DNA of 64,000 bases, from positions 30,318,001 to 30,382,000 of the forward strand of contig JAGIQG010000021.1 in the NCBI GenBank assembly GCA_024679065.1, written 5' to 3'. The position numbers were made by a program, and so were the translations under genes. Under the pieces are notes generated by a model. It did not search any database, was not told the origin of the DNA, and saw nothing but the letters and a program-made list of their open reading frames with translations. Every line of letters starts with the position of its first letter. Position 1 is the first letter of the stretch. Origin of the DNA: Sphyrna mokarran (lineage: Eukaryota). Shown piece after piece: positions 1-12,919 of the stretch.

Positions 1-57
1 CTAATTAAAGGCAACCAATACAAGGGAGAATATGAGAAAAAGGATAATCTTACTCAC

Positions 58-372
58 CTTTAACCCTGAATATGATGTATTCATATGTGTGACCGGAAGT
101 TGTTTGCAAATAATATCGATAAGTCCCTTCATCTGTCAGTTGTGTTTCCTGGATTAACAGTGATACATCATCTGAATTTGGATGAACTAATTTAATTCGA
201 CTTGGAGATACCGTATTATCTGAACTGAATACGAGACTTCTATTGTCCTCCGTTTTACTCAGTTCAATGCGAATATATGTTTGTACTATTGATGATTTGA
301 TTGAGCATGTTAGTTTAGTGTCTTCATTTAATATTCCTGTCACTACATCCTCACAATCTAACGTCACAAAGT
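58..372 (-). CDS. Gene A (B7/PD-L-like IgSF), atypical Ig V-domain exon; the gene continues beyond the window start
   Basis: Acceptor ttgtttttcag before 372 and donor gtgagt at 57-52. 315 nt, phase 1-1. Encodes (N)FVTLDCEDVVTGILNEDTKLTC...DVSLLIQETQLTDEGTYRYYLQT...IIFRVK. Paralogous to 15361-15687. Confidence 0.9.
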
Positions 373-462
373 CTGAAAAACAAGAATTTCCATTAGTTCA
401 CATTGCCTGAGTGATAATCGGTGTTCGATGAAGTATAAACTGAGGAACACTTTAGTACTTAC

Positions 463-529
463 TCTGTGTAAAGGATGGACTTGCGCATACGATAATATTA
501 AGGAAAATTATTGCACGGTGTAAACCCAT
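463..529 (-). CDS. Gene A signal-peptide exon (coding part; exon 463-547)
   Basis: ATG at 529 gives MGLHRAIIFLNIIVCASPSFTQ. Donor gtaagt at 462-457, 90-nt phase-1 intron to the V exon, tagcag tandem acceptor at 553-548. Confidence 0.88.
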
Positions 530-870
530 TACCGGAATTCAGTTCACCTGCTAATATGAAGATAATAGAGAAAAATCACTAAAAACACGAGGCTTTTGTT
601 TCACACACAAAAGGATCAAGTCTTGTTAATGGGTCAGAAAGCGGCAGACAAACTTATTCAGGGAGGGCAGTGGGACCCAGGCATTAACATCATTTGAGGA
701 CAGTGGTCTGTCCCTTTCAACCATTTCCCCCCAGTGTAGATTTCATCGGGAATTTCATGGGAGGATGGAAGCATTCAAATTCACCTCAGATATATTTGCA
801 TTGCTGGGAACGTTAGCTTTACACAAATGTCAACAAAATAATTCTTAAGTTTCTGAAAGTCAAACTGTAC

Positions 871-1125
871 CTTTTGTGCTCAGCAAAATGCCGACCTGTC
901 CAACCAGTTCAAACTAACTCAAGGGAAATCAACAATACAACATCCCACACTTGGTGAAAGTGTTTCAGGGATCCGGACACCGCTGGAATCGGAAGCGAAA
1001 GCTGGGATCTGCGGGGAGAGAGTTGAGGCAGTCGGCTCTTGATCTGTTGAGCAATCTGGGAAAGTTACCAGTGTCTGTTAGCTGGTGTTGACAACAAACA
1101 GCGAACAAAGGTTATCTCTGGTTCC
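871..1125 (-). other. Gene A probable non-coding first exon (5' UTR); upstream boundary approximate
   Basis: CpG-richer block clearly homologous to 17410-17655. Donor AAAG|gtacag is conserved in both copies. Confidence 0.6.
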
Positions 1126-1229
1126 TATAAGAAGTCTCACAACAGGTTAAAATCCAACCAGTCCTACAATCGGCTCAGTGCAAATACAGGGAACAACTGG
1201 CGCTCCCTGTTTTCTTGCCTCGCCTTTAA

Positions 1230-1252
1230 ACTTTCCCTTTCGTTATGATTGG
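1230..1252 (-). promoter_or_regulatory. ISRE/IRF element plus overlapping CCAAT box, gene A promoter
   Basis: actttccctttcgttatgattgg reads GAAAGGGAAAGT on minus. The same motif lies upstream of genes B and C. Confidence 0.7.
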
Positions 1253-1734
1253 ATGTTTGGCGAGTTGGCAAAGAAGAGGGATTAAAAAAAGCCAGATGTG
1301 CCTGATATCACCGACTTTTCCCTTCCAGCCACAAAAGCACATTCAAACGCTGCCAAGTACAGCATTTTTTAAAAACTATTTAAGTAAGGGATTTTTTAAT
1401 TGCGAATAAAACTTATTATCAGTCTTAAGTCCAGGAAGAATTTTTTTTTAATGCAGCGAAGGAACTGTTTCAAACACTAGATGGAGTGTAAACTCAATTT
1501 ACCCAAACTGTGGGATGGGAGAAAGTAGTATAAAAGGGACAGCACATGAGATTTGGGATGATTGAGATACTGATATGGATTGAGAATTTAACAAAGTAGG
1601 AATAAATTAATCATTCTCAGGTTGAAGATTGTAACTAATGGGGTGGGTGGGGGGAGGGACGGTGAACAGAAAGGATCAGCACTTCACTCCCAAAGCATGC
1701 CAGAAACAATCCTTTTCACTATATATTAATACAT

Positions 1735-2060
1735 TCATGGAGTGATAGCCTAGCGGTGTTTATCGCTAGACTATTAATCCAGAAACTCAGTTAATGTTCT
1801 GGGGTCGTGGGTTTGAATCCTGGTGGAATTTGAATTCAAAAAAAATCTGGAATTAAGATTATACTGATGGCCATGAAACCATTGCTTCAGTTATGTCCCT
1901 TAAGGAAGGAAATCTTCCATATTTACCCCATCTGGTCTACATGTGATTCCAGAGCCACAACAATGCAGTTGGTGCTCCACTGTTCTCTAAGAGCAAGTAG
2001 GGATGGGCAATAACTGTTGGCCAGTCAACATCACCGATGTCCCATGAGTGAATAAAAAGT
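1735..2060 (+). mobile_element. tRNA-derived SINE (same family as 63165-63450)
   Basis: A/B-box-like head; shared core gaatttgaattc...agggaaggaaatct...catgtgactccaga...gggcaataa. Confidence 0.65.
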
Positions 2061-2089
2061 GACAACAGTAAATCAAATCAAATTCAGAA

Positions 2090-2930
2090 TCTATATTAAT
2101 GATTTGGATCTGGGGGATTACATTTAACTTTTCAAATTTTTTTAGATGATATGAAAGTGTGAGTTTTGAGGAGATACTTCAAGAACATTTGGAGACGCTA
2201 AGAGGAGACAGCAAACATTTGGCGTGTGGAATACATGTGGAGGCATGTGAGGTTATCCACTTTGGTAGGAAAAATGGGAATAACAGAAATATTTCTTAAA
2301 TGCTGAGTGATTGGGAAGTGTTGATGTCCTTTGGGACCTGCATATTGTTGTTCATAAGTTACTGAAAACTAGCATGCAGGCGAATCAAGCGAGTCGGAAG
2401 GCAACGATACATTAGACTTTTTTTTATTCATTCGTGGGACATGGGCATCGCTGGCTGACCAGCATTTATTGCCAGTCTCTAGTTGCCCTTCAGAAGGTCG
2501 TGGCAAGTTGCCTTCTTGAAACGCTGCAGTGCGTGTGCTGTGGGTTGACTCAGAATGCCATCATGGAGGGAATTCTTGGATTTTGACCCAGCAACTGCGA
2601 AGGAACGGTGATATATTTCCAGGAGGATTTGAGTAAGGGCAATGATGACTTGTTGCAATTATATAGAGCTTTGATGAGACTACACCTAGCGTAGTGGGTG
2701 CAATTTTGCTCTTCTTATCTCAGGAAAGATATATTTGCCACAAAGTAAATGCAGCAAAGATTCACTAGACTGATTGTTGGGATAATGAAATTGTTCCACA
2801 AAGAGAGATGAAATAGACTGGGCTTTTATTCTCAGGAATTTTGAAGAATGAGAAGTGATCTCATTTAAAACACATAAAATAGCACTTTAAAGGGTAGATG
2901 CAGAAGAATGTTGCCAATGGCTGGTGTTTC
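2090..2930 (+). mobile_element. Degenerate CR1-type LINE RT fragment, interrupted by another repeat at ~2425-2625
   Basis: Remnant motifs YINDLD, DDMK, VIHFGRK, LYRALMRLHL, QQRFTRLI. Confidence 0.7.
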
Positions 2931-3214
2931 AAGAACCAGGGCTCTTACCTGAAACAAAAGGAACTTCAACAATAGCTCGGGAAGGCAACACTTTCAAAGT
3001 TAATAGGGAACCATCTACAAGGCACAATGTAGACCATCGCAGACTCAGTGACAATAAGTTGCACTCACCAGGATCAGACTTAGTTAGAAAATCTCCCAAT
3101 GTTGAATAACCTTTTGGCATTCAGAGTCAAAGCTGACAATAGGAATAAAAGAATTTGTTGATAAGTTATCAGATATGGATGAATACCAATGAACAAGGCA
3201 ATAACAAAGATTCC

Positions 3215-3425
3215 AAAACTAGAAAATTCTAGAAAATCTCAGCAGGTCTAACAGTATCTGTGGAGAGAAAACAGATGATGCTTCATCAGAGCTCTGACAA
3301 AGGGTCATCCAGACTCAAAACATTAGCTCTATTCTCTCTCCACAGATGCTGTCAGACTTGCTGAGATTTTCCAGCATTCACTGTTTTTTGTTTCTGATTT
3401 CAGCATCCACAGTATTTTGCTTTTA
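3215..3425. repeat. Palindromic (fold-back) short repeat, probably derived from Penelope termini; relatives near 30500, 41460, 45360 and 52085
   Basis: gaaaatctcagcaggtct..cagtatctgtggagaga is inverted to ctctccacagatgctgtcagacttgctgagattttc. Confidence 0.6.
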
Positions 3426-5804
3426 GGAAGGATTCAATATTTACTGAAAAGGAAAACAAAGGACATATTAAAAGGGAAGCTAGTAACAAAACAATAAGTG
3501 ACGTTGTTATGAAAAATAATCCCCAAAAGTTTGTACTATGAGAATGCATATTTACATTCAAATTCTTAGTAGAGTAGGTATAAATGTGTCATTCGCTTCT
3601 CAGGTCCACCTTGAAAGTACCAATGATTAGAAATATTGGATTTGTTGTTTACGCCTTGTCATGGTATAAATGCTTTGAAATTACTGACACCCAGCATAAG
3701 GCAAGGACTGGTTGGGCTAAGTGGCTGGTTTATACGTCACTTACTTTAACTAATCCTACTTAAGGTCCAATACCAGAATGGCTTGTTGTATTGACAAAGG
3801 GAAGTGTGCTAAATTATCTTTCAGTTAAGAATTATTATTTGCAACACACAATGGGCTTAATGATACAATGATGACTATTTTAGCTTACAATAGACTGCAA
3901 CTGATTCGTTGGAGTTCATCATGAATTATTCCAGGGACCATCAAATGTGACATATTGGAACCAAAACTTGGCTGAAACTCCTCTGTTAGTAATTTCATAG
4001 TACAGAACTTGAGTATTGCTGAAAAAAAACAAACTTTGAAGTTTTTTTTTTATCTTGCAGTCATTAAGATAATGATTTACACTACACAAGAGAATTCTGA
4101 TATATGGAGTCAAATTTTTAAACTCAAATTTTGAATTTGAACAAAAGCTTGGCAGTTAACTGTTCCTTGGTGCATTCTCCATGATAGTGCCTCTAACAAT
4201 TAGAGTCCATAGATTATGAATGTTGCTAGCAAGGCCCATCCCTAATTTCCCCCCGAGAAGGTGATGTTACTGCCTTCTTGAATCACTGAGGTTTATATAA
4301 TGTAGATACACTTCCAGATTTTTGGCCCAGCAACAGTGAATGACTGCCAACGTATTTCCAAGTTAGAATGTTGTGGGCTTGGAGGGGAACTTGCACAAAG
4401 TGAGGGGAACTTCCCTGCCACTGCGACTCTTGCACTTCTCAGTTGCTGATTGCTGGTTTGGACTGTGCAGCCAAAGAGGCTTGGCGAGTTGCTGCAGTAC
4501 ATTTTGTGTATTGTGTCATTGTGTGTCAGTGGTGGATGGGGTGCCAATCAAACAGGCTGCTTTGGCTAATCCAGAAGACTGAAGTAGTAACCCAAAAATC
4601 ATGAGTTTCAAATCCCATCACCACTTAATGTGAATTTTAATTCAGTTAATAAGTAAGCTAGTGCCAATAACATGAGCATTACATTTTTAGACCATTGGAC
4701 AAATCCAGCTGATTCATTTGTGTTGCTTAGCATAAACAGGTAGTCTATCTTGTGGCACTATATGTGACTCCAATCTCACGCCATTTGGTTCACTCTGAAC
4801 TGCCCTACCATCCCAATCAGGTGTGTCAAGCTACATTGGAGAAGATCATCTTCGAATCATCTAAAAATAATTTGTGTCAAATAAATGTAAACAGTGGAGT
4901 AAGTCATCCACTATGATGAGTGCTTGTAGATATACTGCATAAAAAAATAGACTGCATTGGGGTATCTTTGAACTTGTATAATGTTTAAAATGATACTTGA
5001 AACTTGTATATCTGATGTGCGAAGTGTATATTACAAGATGTAAATTTTAAATTTAAACTTTAGAATCAGCTTTGATTTGACACATGTTCTCTCTTTAAAG
5101 GACTTTGGTTTGAAAAAGATGAATGATACAGATCTCCTTTAATTACATTACAGCACAGTATACACTAAAGTATTATTTTACTGTAAAACTCAATGTCAAT
5201 ATAGAAAGGGACTTTGCAAGTTGGTGTCTCCCAGGCAGAATTCAATTTCCCATTGAATTTTTTTTTCTGTCCCTCCCCGCATTTGCCTTTTTTCTGTACC
5301 AAATACCACAGAGAGATTTGTAATGAAGCTACTGTCTGCTCGCAGTAAGATAGATCAATATGGAGTGCAGGATCAGAGGGTTGCTGTTATCATTTGAAAA
5401 TGGCTGTTTAACTCAGCCATTGCACAAAGAATTCATGAATTTGACCAATCACAGAGAGTGGACATGATACTGACTTGCATTGGTCAGTGATAGTGTTCCT
5501 GTGCCTTTCCCATTCTCTCAGTTTTTCAAGCTTTCTGCTTCCAAAGATTCAATCAAAAAAGAAACTCAAATGTTTTTGAATCACTACACCACTTTCTTGA
5601 TGTGAAGTTAAAGTTAATCCTAAAAGGCCCTTCCCTGCTTTATGTTCCAGGAAGTACTATGTATCAGATATCGGATTGGTTCAACATTGATAGTCATGAC
5701 AGGAATTGAAAGCATTAGTTACCCAAAGTTTATGAACATTGAACTCCAATAGATACTTTCATACAATTAGTGTTTTTTTAATATAAATGAACTTCAGTTA
5801 ATTT

Positions 5805-6128
5805 TCATAGAATCCCTACAGTGTGGAAAGAATCCTTCCAGCCCATTGCGTTTGTACCAACAACAATCTAGGAACACTGAACACCCTACGCCCTATCTCC
5901 ATAACCCCATATATTTATGCTGCTAATCTCCTTGACACTAAAGGCAATTTACCATGGCCAAACCACCTAATCTGCATATTTTTGGAGTGTAGGAGGAAAC
6001 CAGAGCACCTTGGAGGAACCCCACACAGGCACAGGGAGAATATGTAAATTCCTCACAGTTAGAGAAGTTTAGAATTGAACCCAGGTCCCAGGCACTGTGA
6101 AGCAGCAATGCTAACCACTGTGCCACCA
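5805..6128 (-). mobile_element. HE1/V-type SINE
   Basis: V-domain core ggaggaaacc..gagcacc..gagg..accca, tRNA head, LINE-like tail. Confidence 0.8.
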
Positions 6129-8231
6129 TGTCATCCTTTCGATGTTGAAATTGAATGTTACAATAGGACACTACTTTGATGTATATACTGCACTTAATGT
6201 AATTAAAGATGATCCACGCTGTGGGAAAATCACCACTCAGAGTCAGATTTAAAGATTCAACATGCAGTTTATCAGACAAAGTTTTGGGAGAAGCACTGGG
6301 ATCTCCACAGTGCTTGCAGTCACCTCCTCAATTTTAAAATGGCAGCTGAGCTTTTATACATTTTCAAATAGTGGACAAGTACGGATATTAGCTTTTAGCA
6401 CATTGTTATATATTTATGCTCTTCTTTCAACGACTGGTCTTGTTAACAAAACTCATTGTTTTGGTTCTGTCTTATCTCAAGCTAAGGTGATCATCTGGAC
6501 ATCAAAATCTGATTTATTTCCAGTAGTAATTAGACACTAACAGAATTTAACTCATTATGCAATGTCTGCACCTCGATCAGCACATCTTAATGTCTTTTCA
6601 TGGAGTCCATTTTGTGCCAGGTAACCATCTTGTATCTTTTAATTTTGGGTTTACTCCAACAATCCATATTGTTTACCTTTTTATGACTCAAAGCCTTTGA
6701 AGAAGAAATACGTACTGAGTATAGCTGGCTGCAATACAGAACATATATCAGAGCCATCCCTGAACTGTCTCAAAGAAAGAATAAGTTTTCCTGTTGTAAT
6801 GAACACTCTAGGTGAGGTTCCTATCTATTTGTACACACTGAGTCATTCAGGTCAGCAGGAGGAGCTAAGGCTCGTTTACCGGCAAACCATTCACTGACTA
6901 TTTTCCGAGAATAATTCTAATTGCATTCCCATCTGAAAATCTGTCATTAACTTCACAACTAATGAAAATAATCTGTTTATTCAGGGATTGGAAACTCTGG
7001 CTGGACAAGTTTGTAAAGCAACATAAGCAGCCCAAGAAAATTGGATGTTCGTGCTCCTGCCTTGCTGTAATCAATTTCTCAGGAATATTGCTGAAAGATA
7101 CCATTGGCGTAGATAAAAAGAGATTTCAGTCATGATGATTGAGATTTGGAATTAGCAGAAGGGGCAGGAGGGAAGGACGAGTGGGAGAGGGGGAGGGGAG
7201 ATGGGCGGCGGCAAGGAATTCAGGATTTGTCTATCAATCTTCTAACAGTAGTCAGGACAATACATAAATAAAGAGATCAGGGATTCATGGAAAAAAAAAG
7301 TTAATAGAAAATTTTCATTTGCTCAGGGACTGACTAAAGCACAGCAGTAGTAAAGGGAATTATAATTCTAGAATGCATTGGGGATAGTTTTCTTAAACAA
7401 TCGAGTGACATCTCCTGGATTGGGACTTCACCCAGTTGCCAAGATTTTTCATGCACACTTTAGCTTTGTCATGTAATTTCTTGGGAAAGTGAGCTGCTAT
7501 TGTTCCCCAGGAGAGGTTTTCGAAACTTGTTCAAAGCAACTCTTTCATGGCCTCCAGCATTTAAAACTGAGTTTGGCAACAAGGCCAAATCTGAAAACGT
7601 TTCATTGTTTTGTGAGTTCTGAATCTCGTTTAGTTTTGAGAGATGTTCATGTCAAGCTATTTCAGGACAGTTTCAAGGAATCCTATTACAGCCAGTAGCC
7701 TATAACCTCACCTTGAGTCATGCCAAGAATGCAGCAACTCCTTTTGTAAGCCCAGTGGTATTTCCTCATGGCCGAGTTACTTATCTGTCCAATAAGGCAA
7801 GGAAATTTAAAGCAGAGAAGTGGCAGATAGGGATTTAACAGACACGAGAAAATGTAATTGCAGCACATAAGAGTATATGATCAAGTGTGAGACCAAGCCC
7901 AAGATGGGGTGCAATGCCTTATCTTGTCAGCTTGGATCTTGTATGTCTCTTTTGTGTGGCCACGAATTGGACTCAGTTTGAATTTGGTTTTTGGAGCAGG
8001 CAAGGAGATGGATTTGGGTTTGCCTGGTCCACTCTGAGCATTGGTTTTGTAACCTCAAGAACACAGTAAATTTAAAAAAAATGCCACTTATATTGGTTTG
8101 GGCAGAGGACTGGAATAATATGCTTGGTAGTTCAATAAACTGGAAATGTCGATATTACCACAAATCTTTGTTCTTAACCTTTTTCCCTGTCATACACCAC
8201 TATGCAATTCTATCTTCACCTTCTTTTTAGA

Positions 8232-8530
8232 GTGGCACTATGGCACAGTGGTTAGCATTGCTGCTTCACAGTACCAAGGACCCACATTTGATTCCCAGCT
8301 TGGGTCACTGTCTGTGCGAAGTTTGCATGTTCTCCCAGTGTGTATTTTGTCCATGAGTTCCGGTTTCCTCCCACAGTCTGAAAAATGTGCTGGTTAGGTG
8401 CATTAACCTGGCTAAGTTCTCCCTCAGTATATCTGAACAGCTGCAGAAGTGTGGCGACTAGGGGATTTACACAGTGACTTCATTGCAGTTTTAACATAAG
8501 CATACTTGTGACTCTAATAAATAAACTTAA
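8232..8530 (+). mobile_element. HE1/V-type SINE
   Basis: tggcacagtggttagc head, V core, taataaataaac tail. Confidence 0.8.
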
Positions 8531-8619
8531 ATTTTTATTTCCTCATCTCTCACATTTAAACAGGAATTCTATGTTCAAAGAAAGATCTACATTTAAAAAC
8601 AGTTTCCATGACTCTGGAT

Positions 8620-8865
8620 TTTTCTAAAATGCCTTACGACCAGTAAAATCCCTTTGAAGTGTAGTTACTGTCCCAATGCTATAACATAGCTGGTAACTTT
8701 GCACACAGCAAACTCTCACAAACAGCAATGTGATAATGGCCAGTGAATCTGTTTTAGTGATTTGGATTGGCAGATAAATATGGATCAGGACCTTGAATAA
8801 TTCCCCTTCTTTAAAATAGTACCATGGGATCATCAGAGTAAGCAAATGGACCATGGTTTAAGAAA
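8620..8865 (-). mobile_element. Deu-domain SINE fragment (another at ~46530-46695)
   Basis: gcacacagcaaactctcacaaacagcaatgtgataatg resembles the Deu domain as I recall it. Confidence 0.5.
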
Positions 8866-11460
8866 TAGCAACGGAAAGGTTGAACATATTGGATCTTTAG
8901 AGTTTAGAAGAATGGATGGTGTTAGAGAGCAGATCAGAAACCCCATATTATAAAGTTAGCCTAGATTCCTGTCTATTTTTGATTTTGGTATTAGTGCCAG
9001 GATACAGTGTTTCGCTCCAGGTGTGATTTCATTAATTCGCTATGAAACTTTTATTTCTAAAAAACACTTTTTTTAAACAATACAGTTAAAATGTGCCAAA
9101 ATTAATTTGAATAACTTTTACCAGTAGAAATACCTAAACATAACAAGGTATAATTCTTAAACTGCTAGCTATTTCCACAGTTCCAATTTAAGCAGTGTGC
9201 TCACAGACATACAGCCTTCTTTGGAATCAGTTAGCACACACCTAGCATGGATCCCAGATTTCCAGGCTTTTAACTCCTTTGGACAGAGATACGGAAAGAC
9301 ATCTGTCTTCTGACTCCCATGTTCATGTGTTTTGACTCTGCCATGTCCACATAGGTTTTTGAATGCTTTAAAGGTTTTTTAAAAGTTTAGTTGGATGGGG
9401 AATATTGTAAGGTGGTTTGGGTGGTGAGTTGGTTAGTTACTTGGCTGATTTGTGAGGGTGGGTATTCAGGACATGTGGTTGGATAGTTGGGGGATGGGGA
9501 ATCAAGTTGTATGGGGAACTGGTTATTTGCAGGGTGAGTAGTCGGGGGTGAGTAATCAGCGGGACGTGGAGGCAGTTTGCATGGGTGCTGGGCTTTGTAG
9601 GGGCCATAGAGGATTGTGTGTGGGTGGGTGCTGTCAGAGCAATGGGATGGGCTTTGCTGTTAATCATTGACTTGTGCCAGAAACAGCAGAACAATACTTT
9701 GCGTGATTATTTGGGTATGCATTGTACAAGCAGTCCACTGAGCTCAGTGTCTGAGATATTCTCAGGGACCTGGGAAACAGATCTGTCCATCAGGAATATA
9801 AGCTTTCCAGCAATACCATGCATGTTTGGTCTTCTGAAGGGTCTCAATGCACAACAGAGGCAAATGTGTCAACATTGGCCATTGTTGGTTTCAATAAGAT
9901 CCAGGCTGTTATTTCTCCTCATGAAGGAATCTAGAATTTCAGAGTAAGTTGTTGCCCATTTAAGACCTAGATGGGAGGATGGAGAGTGGAATTTATTTTC
10001 TCAGAAAGTTGTTAACCTTTGTAATACTCTTAACCCACAGAGCGCCAGGGCTGGGTCAATGAATATATTCAAGCCTGAGTTGGACAGATCTTTGAGCTAC
10101 AAGGGAGTCAAGGGACAGTTAGACAAGTAGCACGGGGGCCACAATCAGATGACTAGAACTTGCTGCCCACAATGGTGAGGGGAATGTTGAGGTGGAATCA
10201 GAGGTGTAGACAAGATGTTGGATGGGCACTTGGAGGAAATAAATGCGGGGCAATTGGGAATCAGCAGGAAAGTGAGGCTGACTGGATTACTCTGCAGTGA
10301 GCTAGCGTGAACTTGATGAATTGAATGGCCTCCAGCTTTGAAACTGACCGTCGAGTTTTGAGAGTGAACCATTCAGTAATCAAGCGCAACAGCATGAGAC
10401 TTGGCAATCTCCTCCAGAAGTGTAGAAAATAAATCCAATTTGAAACACAAGCCACCATTTAAATTAAAGCAACATGAACAGGTTGCAGCTCAATGGATTT
10501 GGGTAAGTGCACAATCCTGTGGTCTAGTCTGCAATCAAGGAATCCTAGCAATAATGGGAGGGGAGTGGTGCTGAGGTGAGTAGCTCAGAGTGGCAGCAGT
10601 CAGAGAACATGCATCTATTCAAAGTGTATTTAAAAATGATATTCATTTCAAAGTAAAAAGAGGATATCAAGCATTTCAAATTTTACAAAAAATACTCATT
10701 TCCTATTCATTTCATTGTTCCATCAAATAGAATATATAAATCAACATGTTGAAGAATTATACATTCCATTTTAAATTAAAACCATTACAGTTGTAAGTTT
10801 AATTGTGGAAATAATTTTGTGAAATAAGAACTCCTCCCCCTATTTCAATTTTCTGACCTAGTTGTTTGCAATAATATTTCCTCTCCTACTGGGTAAAAAT
10901 TAGACTCACATCAACTCTTTCACAATATTTCAGCAATCAAGTAGCAGGAAGAATGTTTTCAAAGTGAGAATGAGTCTCGAAAATCTTCTTCTCCTTTTAC
11001 AGAGTGCTATAGTGTCACAAATGAATCCATTTATTAACCCAGCTTTAAAATAGGGACATTTCTTGAAAAACAGCCAAGATTGAGGGGCAAGCTCTCCATA
11101 GTTTGTGGCGTCCTCATGTTTTATGGATCAAATGATTTGTGGATGGTGTCCGTATCCAACTAACATGCAGGCTTTAGTTGTCTACATACAAAAGCAAATA
11201 GTGAAGACTCTAACACAGTGACAGAGGCTGAGTTACCATCTTGATCAATCACTAAAATAGTTGGAGATTCCAGGTGGTCACTGGAAAGTGACAGTGCTTG
11301 AAATAATTTGTATGACGTGCATTCACCTTCCACATGATACAGAAGGACATGGCTGGGATATATGCTTGAAGCATCATATCACAAAAATGTTCTTGAAGTA
11401 GTCCATGAAATCAATGCATTCATCGCAAGTAGAGATAAGGAGTATTTGCTGCAATTGTTA

Positions 11461-11490
11461 TTAACTGTCAACAGTCGGAACACTTTGCAT
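11461..11490 (-). CDS. Gene B last coding exon (MQSVPTVDS*)
   Basis: Strong acceptor ttccttcatttcattttaacag at 11491. The 84-nt intron parallels the 86-nt last intron of gene C. Candidate polyA signal (tttatt on plus) at 11030-11035. Confidence 0.6.
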   Translation of the reverse strand: MQSVPTVDS

Positions 11491-11574
11491 CTGTTAAAAT
11501 GAAATGAAGGAAATGATGAAACTAGTAACAGAAAGCCTTTGAAAAAAAATTCAGACATTTGAAATTGCACCTAC

Positions 11575-11603
11575 CATTGGCATTGTTGACTCCCTTCGAA
11601 CTA
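11575..11603 (-). CDS. Gene B cytoplasmic exon (VVRRESTMPM)
   Basis: Acceptor tttctcttctgttttactttcag, in frame with the TM exon. Donor ATG|gtaggt; read-through instead gives ...VGAISNV* ending at 11551. Confidence 0.7.
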
Positions 11604-12076
11604 CTGAAAGTAAAACAGAAGAGAAACAATTAATTCATTATTTCTAGTACATAAAATTTGAATTTACATCTCCAGCTTTAGAATACTTAGTCCATTATTT
11701 CTCGTAGTTCCAAAATTCCTAATCGTATCAAACATAGCAATCTCTGTTCAATTATGATGATTTTATCATTTATAAACAATGCTCATATTTTGACTAATTA
11801 ACACTTGAAGAGTTTCTCCAAATCATTTGTCCAATGATTTACAAAAATAATCTGATAAGAAAGGGGATCCAAAACAAATGCAGTCACCTATCTACCTTAC
11901 AATTTTTCTTCTTCCGACTTGACTCGGTGTTTATGTGGTGGTCACATTAACAAACTATTCAAGAAATTGTTCTAGCAATCCCCAGGGCATATGTTCAAAT
12001 CCCATATCACAGCAAAAGAATATTAATTCATTTTTTTTTTAAAAGGAACATCGGTATTTATAACCCTCACAGTTTC

Positions 12077-12320
12077 AGGGACCCGCATTCAATTCCTGGC
12101 TTGGGTCACTGCCCATATGGAGTTTGCATGTTGTCCCCCATGTCTGCATGGGTTTCCTCCAGATGCTCTGGTTTTCTCCAAAAGATGTGCTGATTAGGTG
12201 GACTGGCCATGCTAAATTCTCCCTCAATGTACCCAAACAGGCACCGGAGTGTGGCGACCTGGGAATTTTCATAGTAACTTCATTGCAATGCTAATGTGAC
12301 ACTAATAAATAAACTTTAAA
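12077..12320 (+). mobile_element. HE1/V-type SINE, 5'-truncated
   Basis: V core and taataaataaacttta tail. Confidence 0.75.
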
Positions 12321-12919
12321 TTTTTAGAAGGTGACCATGAATCTTTGGTCAATATTTAACCATGTTGTAAAAAAAAGGGTTTACTAATTTTTGTTTTTGT
12401 AAAGGAACCTATAGTTCTTACTCTGTCTGTCTGATATGTGTCTCACATCCTACATCAATATGTTGATCTTAACTGCCCCCTGAATTAGCCCAGCAGGTCA
12501 GCCAGTTATAAAAGGCTACAAAGAAAAATATATTTTTTAGGCCAATAAGTGTCAATCACAACTAGAGGATGATTTTTTTAAAAATTGTAATTCATACATA
12601 GAGACTGTTTCCTTTTTTCCCCTATCCGAATGGCTTCTTCCTGTACTAAACACTACAGCTTGGAACTTGTGATTTGAAATGTCACAGATGATTCATTCCT
12701 GCAGCTACCATTTCCAATTCTGTTTGATGTTTGGATGCAGCTCAACAGAAGTTGTTCCAGAGCTATTCAATGTGACTTATCTGGAGTTTTTCTACATTCT
12801 CTTGCTAAAAGCTGAGTAACAGGCTTATTATAGTGGAGCGTTCATCTTTTCACCTAATCACTTTAACCAAATAGAATGTAAGGAAGCAAGACTCAAGTAA
12901 ATCAAGTAGGGAAAATCCA

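Noticed and set aside
2924-3120. Overlapping short ORFs upstream of gene A
   Set aside because: No motifs and no convincing splice sites; they abut a CR1 fragment.
5645-7490. Several STAT-like sites (TTCCAGGAA at 5645, TTCCGAGAA at 6903, N4 variants at 7076 and 7478) upstream of gene A
   Set aside because: Six-base motifs occur often by chance in 64 kb, and there is no positional conservation with B or C.
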